A stretch of DNA of 64,000 nucleotides from a virus (IMGVR_UViG_3300025133_000030:1-64000), one strand, 5' to 3'; shown: positions 48,268 to 57,756, counted from the stretch's first letter. Made by a program: numbers and translations. The notes: a model not told the origin generated them from the sequence alone.

Positions 48268-48330
48268 ACGCAGGAGACTTAAAATCTCCCGACTTCGGTC
48301 GTGTGGGTTCGATTCCCTCTATCCCTACCA
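48246..48330 (+). tRNA. tRNA-Leu(TAA) with encoded CCA
   Basis: Acceptor GGGGATA/TATCCCT followed by A-CCA, anticodon arm GGAGA-CTTAAAA-TCTCC and variable arm CGAC-TTCG-GTCG. Confidence 0.93.
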
Positions 48331-48351
48331 AAGAGAAGCAAGGAATGAAAT

Positions 48352-48984
48352 ATGTGTAGAATAACTGGATTACAAGCTAGGACCATCGCATCGCAACTCA
48401 AACAGGCACTAGAGAAAAAAGGATACGCCTTCTTTGAGAATGGCGACCTCAACTTGAATATAGTCGGAGTTAGAAACGATTCAGCCCGCGCTGATGTTTT
48501 TGATGATTTTATGAATGTTATATATAAAATTGATGGCGAATGGGTTGTGGACTCCTATGTCATTACGACAGAACCCGGTCCAAACATTTTGAGAAAACCA
48601 CTTGCAGCAGTTAGGGATAAGGGTACTGCAATATTGGTACCCGACCAGTACAGATCCACTTATCGAATCGGCACTCACGGAGGGAAAAGAAAGTATACAG
48701 CTCTTGTGCAGAGGGGATCCAAAGTAAAGGTGTGGAGAGACAACAACCGAGACACCAAGCCTGATTATGTTGGCCCGGAAGACGAGGGTTGGTATGGGAT
48801 AAACATTCATAGGCAGTGGGGTTCGGACGAAAGAGAGTACACTGGAGGCATCAGTGCTGGTTGTCAAGTGTTTCAGAACAGTAAGAATTTTTATGAGTTC
48901 ATGGACACTTGCAATAGGGCCGCAGACAAGTGGGGTAACAATTTTACTTACACTTTGATTTGCGAAGAAGATTTAAAGTTTTAA
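48352..48984 (+). CDS. YkuD / L,D-transpeptidase-like cysteine peptidoglycan enzyme (lysin candidate)
   Basis: NLNIVGVR, TTEPG and GINIHR...SAGCQV (His...S.GC catalytic pattern). Confidence 0.6.
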   Translation: MCRITGLQARTIASQLKQALEKKGYAFFENGDLNLNIVGVRNDSARADVFDDFMNVIYKIDGEWVVDSYVITTEPGPNILRKPLAAVRDKGTAILVPDQYRSTYRIGTHGGKRKYTALVQRGSKVKVWRDNNRDTKPDYVGPEDEGWYGINIHRQWGSDEREYTGGISAGCQVFQNSKNFYEFMDTCNRAADKWGNNFTYTLICEEDLKF

Positions 48985-48996
48985 AAAGGAAATAAA

Positions 48997-49209
48997 ATGG
49001 AAAAGTTTAAAAATATTACAGTGGTGGTCATCTCTTCTATCCTTCTGAGCGCCAGTGGGTATTACGCAGGCCGTAAAGTTGCTTATGCGGAGTTTGAAAA
49101 GCCGTGGGAAACTATCGTGAATACAATAGGTTTTTGTGAGCGAGAAAACGCAATGTTAAGAAGTGCATTGGAACGCGCGTATGTTGGTCAGAAAAAAGAA
49201 AGTGAATAG
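48997..49209 (+). CDS. Small membrane-anchored protein
   Basis: N-terminal TM, AAGGA RBS. Confidence 0.55.
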   Translation: MEKFKNITVVVISSILLSASGYYAGRKVAYAEFEKPWETIVNTIGFCERENAMLRSALERAYVGQKKESE

Positions 49210-49229
49210 CAGAAATTCAAATTAAAAGA

Positions 49230-49258
49230 TTGACTTTGATTTGAAAAAATGCTATAGT
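49230..49258 (+). promoter_or_regulatory. Sigma70-type promoter TTGACT-17-TATAGT
   Basis: Intergenic, extended -10. Confidence 0.65.
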
Positions 49259-49293
49259 GTATATACTAACAAAATGAAAGGAAGTTAACTAAA

Positions 49294-49497
49294 TTGTTAG
49301 AAAATGAAAAATCGCTATATGTTACCGATTCTTCCGGAGACTCTTTTCTGGTAGAAATCAGAGAGGAGTATGGCTATGTCTCTTTAAACATAGGTGATAG
49401 CTTTAGGATTGATATGAACCCTGATGAGGCTTTCGACATCGTCGATGCCCTCACCATGGTGGCCAATGATGTAACCAGCCATACTGGTGAGTCCTGA
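49294..49497 (+). CDS. Small hypothetical protein
   Basis: 67 aa downstream of the promoter. Confidence 0.5.
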   Translation: MLENEKSLYVTDSSGDSFLVEIREEYGYVSLNIGDSFRIDMNPDEAFDIVDALTMVANDVTSHTGES

Positions 49498-49802
49498 TGT
49501 CGAAAGATGATGATAGAGATACTAATAATTCTGACCCTGACAACGGACGCTGGAAGTTTACTTTTGCCGGTACTGGAAACCCTCACCGCGACAAAGGCCG
49601 AGGCCGTGAAATCTCGGGATATACACCAAGCAGAGAAAAAGAAACAAAACAAAAAGATATGGAAATGACAAAAAAAGAACTTGATGTTTTTAACAATATT
49701 TACGCACTCTTGGAGCAGAATGAAAGCCTCGCCCTCGACGACGACGATGACAAGAAGATTCTGTGCCACAAGCTTGTGAAATGGTTTGTTTCTTCAAAAT
49801 AG
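49497..49802 (+). CDS. Hypothetical protein
   Basis: 101 aa with a TGATG overlap. Confidence 0.5.
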   Translation: MSKDDDRDTNNSDPDNGRWKFTFAGTGNPHRDKGRGREISGYTPSREKETKQKDMEMTKKELDVFNNIYALLEQNESLALDDDDDKKILCHKLVKWFVSSK

Positions 49803-49834
49803 AGAAAATAATACAATTATAACATAATTACTAT

Positions 49835-50047
49835 GTGCTACCAAGGACTTTCCTACGTGACGATGAGGTCTCTATTTTAGATCGACCCATGGGCCACAAA
49901 ACTCGTATTCACGGAAGAATCGTTGGAGTCGTTTCCGAAGGTTGTTACAACGTGTTAATGTTGAATGGCCTCCAAGAGGGTAACATAGTAAGTTATAAAT
50001 CTTGGCTTCTAGAAAAAAGTTCTCTTAAAGCAGACCTCGCAGAATAA
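49835..50047 (+). CDS. SH3-like small protein
   Basis: DDEVSIL...GRIVGV...YNVLM...WLLEK. Confidence 0.5.
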   Translation: MLPRTFLRDDEVSILDRPMGHKTRIHGRIVGVVSEGCYNVLMLNGLQEGNIVSYKSWLLEKSSLKADLAE

Positions 50048-50080
50048 AGAATAAATCTCAGCAAACTCGCGATTTTTTTC

Positions 50081-50109
50081 TTGACAGATTTTTTTTTCTG
50101 GGATATAAT
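50081..50109 (+). promoter_or_regulatory. Perfect sigma70 promoter TTGACA-17-TATAAT
   Basis: Exact consensus, intergenic. Confidence 0.8.
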
Positions 50110-50120
50110 AATACATAAGA

Positions 50121-50774
50121 TTGAAAAGTAAAGACAACCAATTGACTGAAGTAAATACAGACATCGATGTCATTTCTCGCATCGACTCCGCAGAAAAGTA
50201 TCTCAACCTGTTTAGTGCAGAGGGGCTTATAACGTCGTACACATACGAGAAGCATGCTTCTTTTTTTGAATCGATACGAACGCAATTTAAAGTGAAGGGG
50301 TCGCTGTCTGTCGGACAAAAGGATTGGCTCTCAAGTCTTTGCGTTAGATATAACGAGGAGCAACTAAACGAAGGAAGAGAGTGGCTTGCAAACTATGACG
50401 ATCAAATGGCACTCAACACACAAAGGGTGGCTCAATATTACTTAAGCAACCCCCCATACTTCGGTGTTCTTGCTAGGCGAGTCATGGATGGCCATATTCT
50501 CTCCAAGGCAGAATATCATAAGATGTGCTTAAATAAATACGCACAAAAGATCCTGATGGAGTATGATAAAGAGCCCCGGTTTAACAAAGGTCAGATGGTG
50601 CAATTTAGAGCAATTAGCAATAGGGCAGGACAACATGCGGTCGTGTTGAGTTCGGAGGGCCGGCCAATTACTAAAGCAGTAAAAGGAGCAAGAGAGTATA
50701 AACTTCTGCCAGTTGGTTCGACATCGCCTATTTATTCCATGGAAAAGAACCTCAAGAGGGCGAAAAAGGCATGA
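50121..50774 (+). CDS. Hypothetical protein with a C-terminal SH3-like segment
   Basis: 217 aa; PRFNKGQMVQFR...YKLLPVG...EKNLK. Confidence 0.6.
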   Translation: MKSKDNQLTEVNTDIDVISRIDSAEKYLNLFSAEGLITSYTYEKHASFFESIRTQFKVKGSLSVGQKDWLSSLCVRYNEEQLNEGREWLANYDDQMALNTQRVAQYYLSNPPYFGVLARRVMDGHILSKAEYHKMCLNKYAQKILMEYDKEPRFNKGQMVQFRAISNRAGQHAVVLSSEGRPITKAVKGAREYKLLPVGSTSPIYSMEKNLKRAKKA

Positions 50775-51202
50775 AGATAGCATCTATATCGTATTTAGCA
50801 GGGGATGTCCGCACATTCGTGAAAGCCTCGCGTACAGGGCGATTCTCGCTAATTGTCCCAACCGGCACTCGTAGAGAGTTTAGGGGATCTAGGATTGTTT
50901 TATTGAAAGCAAAATCTTTCATCACCCACGAGTTGATCAAGGATAACGACCCAGTGTTGACTCTCTCAACTGGAGAAAAGCTAAGGGTATACCTAAGCGG
51001 CGATTCTACAGCAGGGGTTGTTCGGGCACTTGGAGTAGCAGAGCTTCACGATGAAGAGAATGACAACACAGGCACCGATGCCGATGATCGATACAAACCA
51101 AAACCCAAAGGTCAAGAAAATTCGGATAACTTTTCTAAGATTTTAGATGATTATGATTTTCCGTTCACTCCAGACTTTGATTTTGGAGACGGAAGCAACT
51201 AG
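50771..51202 (+). CDS. Hypothetical protein
   Basis: 143 aa, ATGA overlap, acidic tail. Confidence 0.55.
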   Translation: MKIASISYLAGDVRTFVKASRTGRFSLIVPTGTRREFRGSRIVLLKAKSFITHELIKDNDPVLTLSTGEKLRVYLSGDSTAGVVRALGVAELHDEENDNTGTDADDRYKPKPKGQENSDNFSKILDDYDFPFTPDFDFGDGSN

Positions 51203-51504
51203 AGAGGAAAATATGTCTCAATTTTATTACAACATCGTAGAAGCGGGAAAAGTTAGCTTTAGTACATGGCTTGGACTGGCTGGGCTCTTCGGCCTGACCG
51301 GTCTGCTTGCCTGCTGCAAGAGGAAAAAATGATTACTTGTGAAATAGTTCTCGTCAACAGCGAATCAAAAGAAGAAACAAAAGATTTGGTTGAAGTGGTC
51401 AGCTTCCCAGAGGCTGTCAGGGAAGCGTACCATATAAGGACAACAAAGGGTCATGATTGGAAAATTAAATCAGTGATCGACATCTCTCCAAAAAAGAAGT
51501 AGCA

Positions 51505-51801
51505 ATGACTCAGGGTTTCAATGTTGGAGATCTAGTCGAAATAAGGATGCTTGGCTCGAACTATTATGGCGCGAAGGGTCTGGTGGTGAGCAGAATACAC
51601 TACCAACATGGACACAGCGACGACTGGATTGTATACCAGTCGTCTTCATTGGTAGTTTCTGGTGGGTCTAGACCAGCACCAGATGAGTATAGTTGTAAGG
51701 TTAAGTTGGTTTCGCGAGACGAGACGCAAAATGAATTTGTTATGATAAGAGCCAAGTGGCTCAGGATAATATCGAAAGTAGAAAAAAGAAATGATAAGTA
51801 A
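51505..51801 (+). CDS. KOW/SH3-like protein (FNVGDLVEI)
   Basis: GFNVGDLVEIR..G.NYYGAKGLVV, a KOW motif. Confidence 0.65.
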   Translation: MTQGFNVGDLVEIRMLGSNYYGAKGLVVSRIHYQHGHSDDWIVYQSSSLVVSGGSRPAPDEYSCKVKLVSRDETQNEFVMIRAKWLRIISKVEKRNDK

Positions 51802-51889
51802 TATTCTTGGAAGCATTGTTGCCATCGCAGCAGGTCTAATCATCAGCCAGTTGTTTTTAGATCACATCAGAAAATAATTAATTTTTTTC

Positions 51890-51918
51890 TTGACAAGTGA
51901 TTGAAAATATCGTATTCT
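51890..51918 (+). promoter_or_regulatory. Sigma70-type promoter TTGACA-17-TATTCT
   Basis: Intergenic consensus. Confidence 0.65.
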
Positions 51919-51948
51919 ATATATACGATAAAAATCTAGGAAGACAAA

Positions 51949-52788
51949 ATGTCTTACACAGGGACAGTGCGTTGTGGCTGGTGTCACCAACAAGGCCACA
52001 ACAGAACAGGATGCCCTTCGAGAAAGGAGCAAGCCAAACGATCACCCCATGGTTTTTTGGCCCGAACGATTAGAGAGGAAGAGCGCGCTCGCGCCGAGCG
52101 TGTTGCAAGCCGCAGGTGCACATATTGCAACGAAAAAGGCCACAACCGCAGAGGCTGCAAGGTTAAAAAGCAAGATACAGCCAGAATCGAGGATAGGCAA
52201 GCTGAATATGTTGACAACTATACCGAGAATTCGGCTAAAGCTGGCCTCGGCCTCGGCGCTTTGGTGCGAGTACGAGCAATGCAAGACCCAGATGTATATG
52301 CGACGGGCTTGGTTCAGCAAATTCACTGGAATAATCTCTGGTTCTTCGCCGGAGACGAAGACTTAACTAGGCTCTGGAAACCACGCAGCCGAAAGGTGTT
52401 ATCAGTCAGGATAACTTCAATCGACAGCGACCCAGCAACTGACAAAGTCGGTTCCGACTCATGGCGATTCACCAGATATAAGATTAATGATATGTTCCCG
52501 CTCGACCATGGTGATTTAGTCTCTTTTGTCAAAAAATCTTATCACAAGGACTTTGTAAAGAATGTAAAAGATGGCATACACGTTGGCAAAGCAGATTTGC
52601 AGATCATTGGACCTTCAAAGAGGCCCTACGTAAAGCCAAAAGACCTTGATAGGATGCCATTAGACCTGAGACACAGATTCAATTTAGAAAAAAGAGCAAG
52701 CCATTACGATTATGCGAGACTACACCCAGCCAATGAAATTTGGAAATGCTTGTATCCCGAGAAAACAGAGAAGGAAAACAATGATTGA
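51949..52788 (+). CDS. Protein with two CCHC zinc knuckles
   Basis: CGWCHQQGHNRTGC and CTYCNEKGHNRRGC, both CX2CX4HX4C. Confidence 0.8.
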   Translation: MSYTGTVRCGWCHQQGHNRTGCPSRKEQAKRSPHGFLARTIREEERARAERVASRRCTYCNEKGHNRRGCKVKKQDTARIEDRQAEYVDNYTENSAKAGLGLGALVRVRAMQDPDVYATGLVQQIHWNNLWFFAGDEDLTRLWKPRSRKVLSVRITSIDSDPATDKVGSDSWRFTRYKINDMFPLDHGDLVSFVKKSYHKDFVKNVKDGIHVGKADLQIIGPSKRPYVKPKDLDRMPLDLRHRFNLEKRASHYDYARLHPANEIWKCLYPEKTEKENND

Positions 52789-53041
52789 CCCATATAATAT
52801 TCACCCGAATGCCGAAAAAAACACAGAAAAGAATTCAACGAGAGAAGTGCTTGACAATATTTCTCACTTTATGGAATCACTGAACACGGAAATGAGACTA
52901 AACGACCACCTTCACCGAGCTGACGAGAGATCTGGAGCAGAGTGGCGAGCGGTGAAGGACTCTCTGGAGAAAATCCACAGGAAATGGAGTACTCAAAAAA
53001 GCTTAACGGAAGCGAGATTGTCTACGGAGTACCATCAATGA
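52781..53041 (+). CDS. Hypothetical protein
   Basis: Start MIDPY after AAGGA; coupled to both neighbours. Confidence 0.5.
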   Translation: MIDPYNIHPNAEKNTEKNSTREVLDNISHFMESLNTEMRLNDHLHRADERSGAEWRAVKDSLEKIHRKWSTQKSLTEARLSTEYHQ

Positions 53042-53622
53042 GTTTGGCCGAATATATTCCGATGATGACGAACAGGGAAGTTTCTGCTCTTGCAAGAAAT
53101 AGATTCATCGACTCTCCAACACAGTTTGCCATAGCGGAGCATGGTACTTTGTCGAGCCGACGACACTTAGCTAGGAACCCATCCCTTGATACAGGTGTTC
53201 GAGACGTTCTGGTAGACGACCGCGCAAACAGTGTCAAGTGGGTCTTGGTGGAGTACCAAGCCCTTGACGACAAGCCAGACTTAATTAGGGAAGTCTATAG
53301 GGGGACTCCACGAAGGTATTGGAACCCTTGGAGGCTTGGTTCTACTTTTGTGGGATATCAAAATACCGCACCAAACACTCCCTCTGATGTTTTAAAGGAT
53401 ATCTATATGAACTATTATCGACCGGCAGAGGAGGGAGACGAGTCATCACACTTCTATTCTTCGGGTTTCCGTTTCGGCAGCGACGGATATTGGTCCGAAA
53501 AGATGATGAAACATAAAAACGTCAACGAGGAGTTGGCAGTGATTGTATCTACCTCCCCCGCAGAGAGAGCCAAGAAAGCTGCGTTTGCTAAACTGGTTGT
53601 TCTTCGCAACGAAAAAAAATAA
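53038..53622 (+). CDS. Helical-repeat (LRV/HEAT-like) protein
   Basis: Repeats ALARNRF, HLARNPSL..VRDVLVDD and PNTPSDVL. Confidence 0.5.
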   Translation: MSLAEYIPMMTNREVSALARNRFIDSPTQFAIAEHGTLSSRRHLARNPSLDTGVRDVLVDDRANSVKWVLVEYQALDDKPDLIREVYRGTPRRYWNPWRLGSTFVGYQNTAPNTPSDVLKDIYMNYYRPAEEGDESSHFYSSGFRFGSDGYWSEKMMKHKNVNEELAVIVSTSPAERAKKAAFAKLVVLRNEKK

Positions 53623-53721
53623 TATTATTTTAAAGAAAGTTCTTGCATTTTACCTCAACCTGTGAGATACTTATTAAAGATAGAGAAATGGCCAAAACCA
53701 CATTCCAAGGAGAAATTTTAA

Positions 53722-54801
53722 GTGGCTATCGATTTTAAGACCTTTGTAGAAGTTGTCAAGTATGTTACCGACGTGCATAAGCCCGTCATTATTCGAGGAC
53801 GCCACGGCGTTGGTAAGTCAACTGTTGTTTATCAATACGCTGACAAGATTGGTCTTCCAGTTGTAGAACGCAGGGCTTCCCAGATGACTGAAGGCGACCT
53901 TGTTGGTCTTCCGATTATTGAAGCGGAAAGCACTAGGTTCAATCCGCCAGACTGGTTCAAGCGCGCCTGCGACGAGCCTGTTATCTTGTTTCTCGACGAA
54001 GTTGATCGTGCGACTCTTGAGGTTCGCCAAGGTATCTTCGAGTTGACTGACAGTCGCAAGCTGAACGGACATGTCCTCCACCCTGACACATTGATTTTTG
54101 CGGCAGTTAATGGTGGCGAACATGGTGAGCAGTACCAAGTCGGAGAGATGGACCCAGCAGAATTGGATCGCTGGACTGTGTTTGATATTGAGCCATCCGT
54201 TGAGGATTGGCTGAACTGGGCTTCCGACAACGAGATCAGCACAGAAGTTTGGGACTTTATCAATCAAAATCGCAATCATCTTGAGCATAACGACGACTTC
54301 GAGCCTAACAAGGTATACCCATCTCGCCGTTCATGGGAGAGATTGAATCAGTGTTTGGCCAGTGCTTCTCTCTTGGATGAGGGCAGTCCTACTTTGTTCA
54401 ACCTCACCGCTGCATTTTGTGGTTTCGAGGCTGCCGTCGCGTTCAATGATTTTGTCACAAACTACGACAGGCAAGTAACCCCAGAGGACATCCTTTTGGA
54501 TGGTGACTTTAGTAAGGTTGGTGACTTCAAGATTAACGACCACACTGCAATGATTGATAAGTTTGAGGCCGCGAATTCCTTCAAGGATGCTTTGGACCAA
54601 GACCAGATTGACAACCTTGCAAAGTATTTCTTGATGCTTCCTAGTGAAGTGGCAATGAAGCTCTGGACAGTGCTTGGTTCTGGCGCTCTAGACAACACAA
54701 TCAAGCTTCATCAGTCGGTCGTCAAGGTCGATGGCAAGAAGCGATCAGTAGCAGACTACCTAGTGCAAATCCTTTCATCTGACGAAGGCTCTGAAAACTA
54801 A
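53722..54801 (+). CDS. MoxR-like AAA+ ATPase
   Basis: Walker A GRHGVGKS, Walker B ILFLDEVDR, AAVN, MDPAELDRW and PSRRSWE. Confidence 0.9.
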   Translation: MAIDFKTFVEVVKYVTDVHKPVIIRGRHGVGKSTVVYQYADKIGLPVVERRASQMTEGDLVGLPIIEAESTRFNPPDWFKRACDEPVILFLDEVDRATLEVRQGIFELTDSRKLNGHVLHPDTLIFAAVNGGEHGEQYQVGEMDPAELDRWTVFDIEPSVEDWLNWASDNEISTEVWDFINQNRNHLEHNDDFEPNKVYPSRRSWERLNQCLASASLLDEGSPTLFNLTAAFCGFEAAVAFNDFVTNYDRQVTPEDILLDGDFSKVGDFKINDHTAMIDKFEAANSFKDALDQDQIDNLAKYFLMLPSEVAMKLWTVLGSGALDNTIKLHQSVVKVDGKKRSVADYLVQILSSDEGSEN

Positions 54802-54803
54802 AG

Positions 54804-56081
54804 GTGCTTACAATGTCCGATTCAGCGAATCAGAAACGGCCTTTCGATCTCAATATTCACATGGCTCGACTACTAATGGACGAGCCATTCTTTGCAGCTA
54901 TCAGCCGCAGGATCGATAAGAACTCAAGCAACGCCATTCCTACTGCTGGTGTAAGAGTTAATCCTCACACTGCTCAGTTTGAAATGTTGTATAATCCGAG
55001 CTTTTTTGAGAAGTTGACAGATGCCGAACGCCGCGACGTTCTTAAGCATGAATTTTATCATGTTGTGTTTATGCACGTGACAGACCGTATGCCTAATGGC
55101 GCTATGACGCGCCAGTGGAACATCGCAACTGACCTCGCCATCAATAGTCATCTTCATAATCTACCTGAAGGTGGTTTAATTCCGGGCAAGGAGGGTACTC
55201 CTTTCGAGGACTTGCCTCGTGGTATGTCTGCTGAGTGGTATTTGGCAAACCTGCCCGATTTGAGCAAGAACAAGGGAGACGACAAGGATGAAAATAAGAA
55301 CGAAGGTGAATCTTCCGATGGCCCCGGAAGTGGAACTGGAGGCGAAGGTCAGTCTCAACCGCAAAGCGGTGAAGGCGATGGCTATGGCGACATTGAAACT
55401 CTTGACGATCACAGCGGTTGGGGCGATGTATCGGATGAGGTCAAAGAGATCGCAAAAGAGCGACTGAAGGAAATTGTCAAGCAGGCGTCTGAAGACTGCG
55501 CTCGTGGGAATTCATGGGGCAGCGTACCTCAGCAATGTCGTGAAAAGATTATGAAGGGGTTGCAGTCAAAGATTGACTGGCGTAGTGTGCTGCGGTATTT
55601 CATTAAGACATCCCAGAGGGCAAACAAGTCAAGCTCCATCAAGAGAATCAATCGTAGGTATGCCTACATCCATCCCGGCAGAAAGACCAATCGAGTCGCG
55701 AAGGTTGCAATCAGTATTGATCAGTCAGGTTCTGTTGACAATGGAATGCTTGCTCAATTCTTTGCTGAGTTGAATAAGCTTTCTGAGTTGGCCGAGTTTA
55801 CTGTGATTCCTTTTGACACCGAAGTTGCAGAGGATAAGGTATATGTATGGAAGAAGGGCGAAAAGCGCGTATGGGAGAGAGTGCTTTGCGGAGGCACTGA
55901 CTTCGACGCTCCCACTGAGTATGTTAATAAGCAAGGTGACTTTGATGGTCATATTATTTTGACTGATCTTTGTGCGCCGAAGCCAAAGTCGAGTAAGTGT
56001 CAGCGCATGTGGATGACTACTCCACAGTATGCCTCTCGTCCTTACTTTGCGACAAAAGAAAAGATCGTGGCCATCGAGTAG
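54804..56081 (+). CDS. DUF2201-type HExxH metallopeptidase plus vWA domain protein (MoxR partner)
   Basis: LKHEFYH, WNIATDLAIN, MIDAS DQSGS, GGTDF and LTD. Confidence 0.85.
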   Translation: MLTMSDSANQKRPFDLNIHMARLLMDEPFFAAISRRIDKNSSNAIPTAGVRVNPHTAQFEMLYNPSFFEKLTDAERRDVLKHEFYHVVFMHVTDRMPNGAMTRQWNIATDLAINSHLHNLPEGGLIPGKEGTPFEDLPRGMSAEWYLANLPDLSKNKGDDKDENKNEGESSDGPGSGTGGEGQSQPQSGEGDGYGDIETLDDHSGWGDVSDEVKEIAKERLKEIVKQASEDCARGNSWGSVPQQCREKIMKGLQSKIDWRSVLRYFIKTSQRANKSSSIKRINRRYAYIHPGRKTNRVAKVAISIDQSGSVDNGMLAQFFAELNKLSELAEFTVIPFDTEVAEDKVYVWKKGEKRVWERVLCGGTDFDAPTEYVNKQGDFDGHIILTDLCAPKPKSSKCQRMWMTTPQYASRPYFATKEKIVAIE

Positions 56082-56117
56082 TGCCTACGGGCATCGAAAG
56101 TACAACTCAATGGTCAT

Positions 56118-56284
56118 TGTGGGCAGCTGTAAACTATATAATAGAAAATGGGGAGCGAATATCTATTACCGCGCCCTTGGTAGACTCCTTGTATCCATAG
56201 GTTGATACAGGATAAAATCGAAAGTAAATTAGAGTAGGTTAGCGTTTCCCGTGAGTGAAGCAAGAGGTGACTCGCCTGCCCACA
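56118..56284 (+). ncRNA. Candidate structured ncRNA with 6S-RNA-like architecture
   Basis: Intergenic. Closing stem TGTGGGCAG/CTGCCCACA, unpaired A-rich bubble, inner stem ATGGGGAGCG/CGTTTCCCGT and apical hairpin TCCTTGTATC/GATACAGGA. Confidence 0.4.
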
Positions 56285-56308
56285 TTATTTATTAGGAGAT
56301 ATGCGAAA

Positions 56309-56497
56309 ATGTATAACATCGGAGATCTAGTAGTTACGAATTCATGTAGCGAACTAGGAGTCGTGACCGCCCACGTTGAAGGCTTGAAAAGGTATGTAGT
56401 ATACTGGTTCATAAGCAAGAACTATAACTCTGTGAACGAAAAGCACCTAAAATTTTACAAAGCTGAGTATAATTACTCATGTGTTAAACATAGGTGA
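56309..56497 (+). CDS. SH3/KOW-like mini-protein (MYNIGDLV)
   Basis: AGGAG RBS; GDLV...GVV...YVVYW...HLK. Confidence 0.65.
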   Translation: MYNIGDLVVTNSCSELGVVTAHVEGLKRYVVYWFISKNYNSVNEKHLKFYKAEYNYSCVKHR

Positions 56498-56684
56498 CCT
56501 AGTAGCGTGTTATGTACTTAATTCGTCCCTTGAGGATGAAGCAATGCTTCAGTACGGCCTAGTACTGGAGCGCAATGAGCATCTTGAAGATGTTTTAGTG
56601 TTGGATAATTACGGGGAGATAAGATGGTGGCCAAACAAGAGGTGGAGACTTCTAAAGAAGAAGCCGAATCACCGCTGGTTCTAG
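56481..56684 (+). CDS. SH3/KOW-like mini-protein (MLNIGDLV)
   Basis: The upstream gene's TGA stop lies in this gene's GGT-GAC codons, as in the arrays. Confidence 0.65.
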   Translation: MLNIGDLVACYVLNSSLEDEAMLQYGLVLERNEHLEDVLVLDNYGEIRWWPNKRWRLLKKKPNHRWF

Positions 56685-56923
56685 GAGATGTAATCAGGAT
56701 AATCGAAACATATGACGTGTTTGGATTCGATGTGGATGGCATGATAGCAATGGTGTTGAAGCCAACGAGCAGTATGGACCCGCTCAGGCACATGGTGTAT
56801 GTCCCAGAGATAGATGACTATTGCGAACCGAAAGAGAGTATGATCGAGCGACTCATTGGAGAGACAATGACGCACCCACACGGAAGAGTAGCTGTGATGG
56901 GCAACTTCGCTGATCAAGAATAA
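56624..56923 (+). CDS. SH3-like small protein (LVLGDVIRI)
   Basis: GAG RBS; same overall pattern as its neighbours. Confidence 0.5.
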   Translation: MVAKQEVETSKEEAESPLVLGDVIRIIETYDVFGFDVDGMIAMVLKPTSSMDPLRHMVYVPEIDDYCEPKESMIERLIGETMTHPHGRVAVMGNFADQE

Positions 56924-57172
56924 TATTATTTACTTGCAATTTTAGTGTGACCGTGGTACAGTTATATGCAACGTATACTTAAAGGAGTATCTAGTGGTCA
57001 TATATCACCTAGCATATAGAATTAATAACGGAGATAGGCAACATATCTACGCGATTAAGAAGATTTGCGAAAAGAAAAAGAAAAAACTTACTGAAGAACA
57101 CGGTGAAAACATCAAATTTTATCGTATGAATGCCTGCCATAGCGGGTACAGAGCTTAAAAGAAGGAGAAAAA

Positions 57173-57469
57173 ATGTCAATTTTTGAAGAATATGACGGCG
57201 ACATCAGAGAAAACCTAAGATCCAGAGCGGAAGTCATCATTGAGAGTATCGCTGAGTCTTATGAAAATGGATCCATTGATGATCCCAAAGCAAATCACAC
57301 CATGATGAGTTTGTTTGCATTAGCGTGTGAGAATAAGATCGAAGGAGAGATGGCCGAACCCGGTGTCAAGTGGACTCTAACAGCAGCATACTCAAAGAAG
57401 TTAGAAGAAGAGCTTATGAATTGGTCCGCAATTGATGGATCATCCAAGGTGGTAAAAGGCCCGTGGTAA
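57173..57469 (+). CDS. Hypothetical protein
   Basis: AAGGAG RBS, 98 aa. Confidence 0.6.
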   Translation: MSIFEEYDGDIRENLRSRAEVIIESIAESYENGSIDDPKANHTMMSLFALACENKIEGEMAEPGVKWTLTAAYSKKLEEELMNWSAIDGSSKVVKGPW

Positions 57470-57756
57470 CAATTACCACATCGAGTTCATTTGCACTGGC
57501 GAACATCGGTGGTAAGAGATATGTTGTTCCGCAATGGATAGAAGTACCGCTAGGTACGACTCTTGCAGACGTGAAGGTGGTTCGTCCAGATCCACCAGTT
57601 AATGCTGTGACCATTGTAAAAGAAGAGTATATAACAGGGTCGAAGGGTGATGAATACCTAGTGAAGGTTCTTAGTGACGGCTCTGGTACGTGCGAATGTT
57701 GGGGATACCGACGACGAAAAGACTGCAAGCATCTAAAAGCCTTGCGAAATACATAA
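57463..57756 (+). CDS. SWIM zinc-finger protein
   Basis: GSKGDEYLV...TCECWGYRRRKDCKH. Confidence 0.8.
   Translation: MVTITTSSSFALANIGGKRYVVPQWIEVPLGTTLADVKVVRPDPPVNAVTIVKEEYITGSKGDEYLVKVLSDGSGTCECWGYRRRKDCKHLKALRNT

Noticed and set aside
56255-56308. N-terminal extension of the 56255-56497 ORF, and the 55997-56200 ORF
   Set aside because: Both overlap the candidate structured RNA or the vWA gene. The RBS-supported start is ATG 56309.
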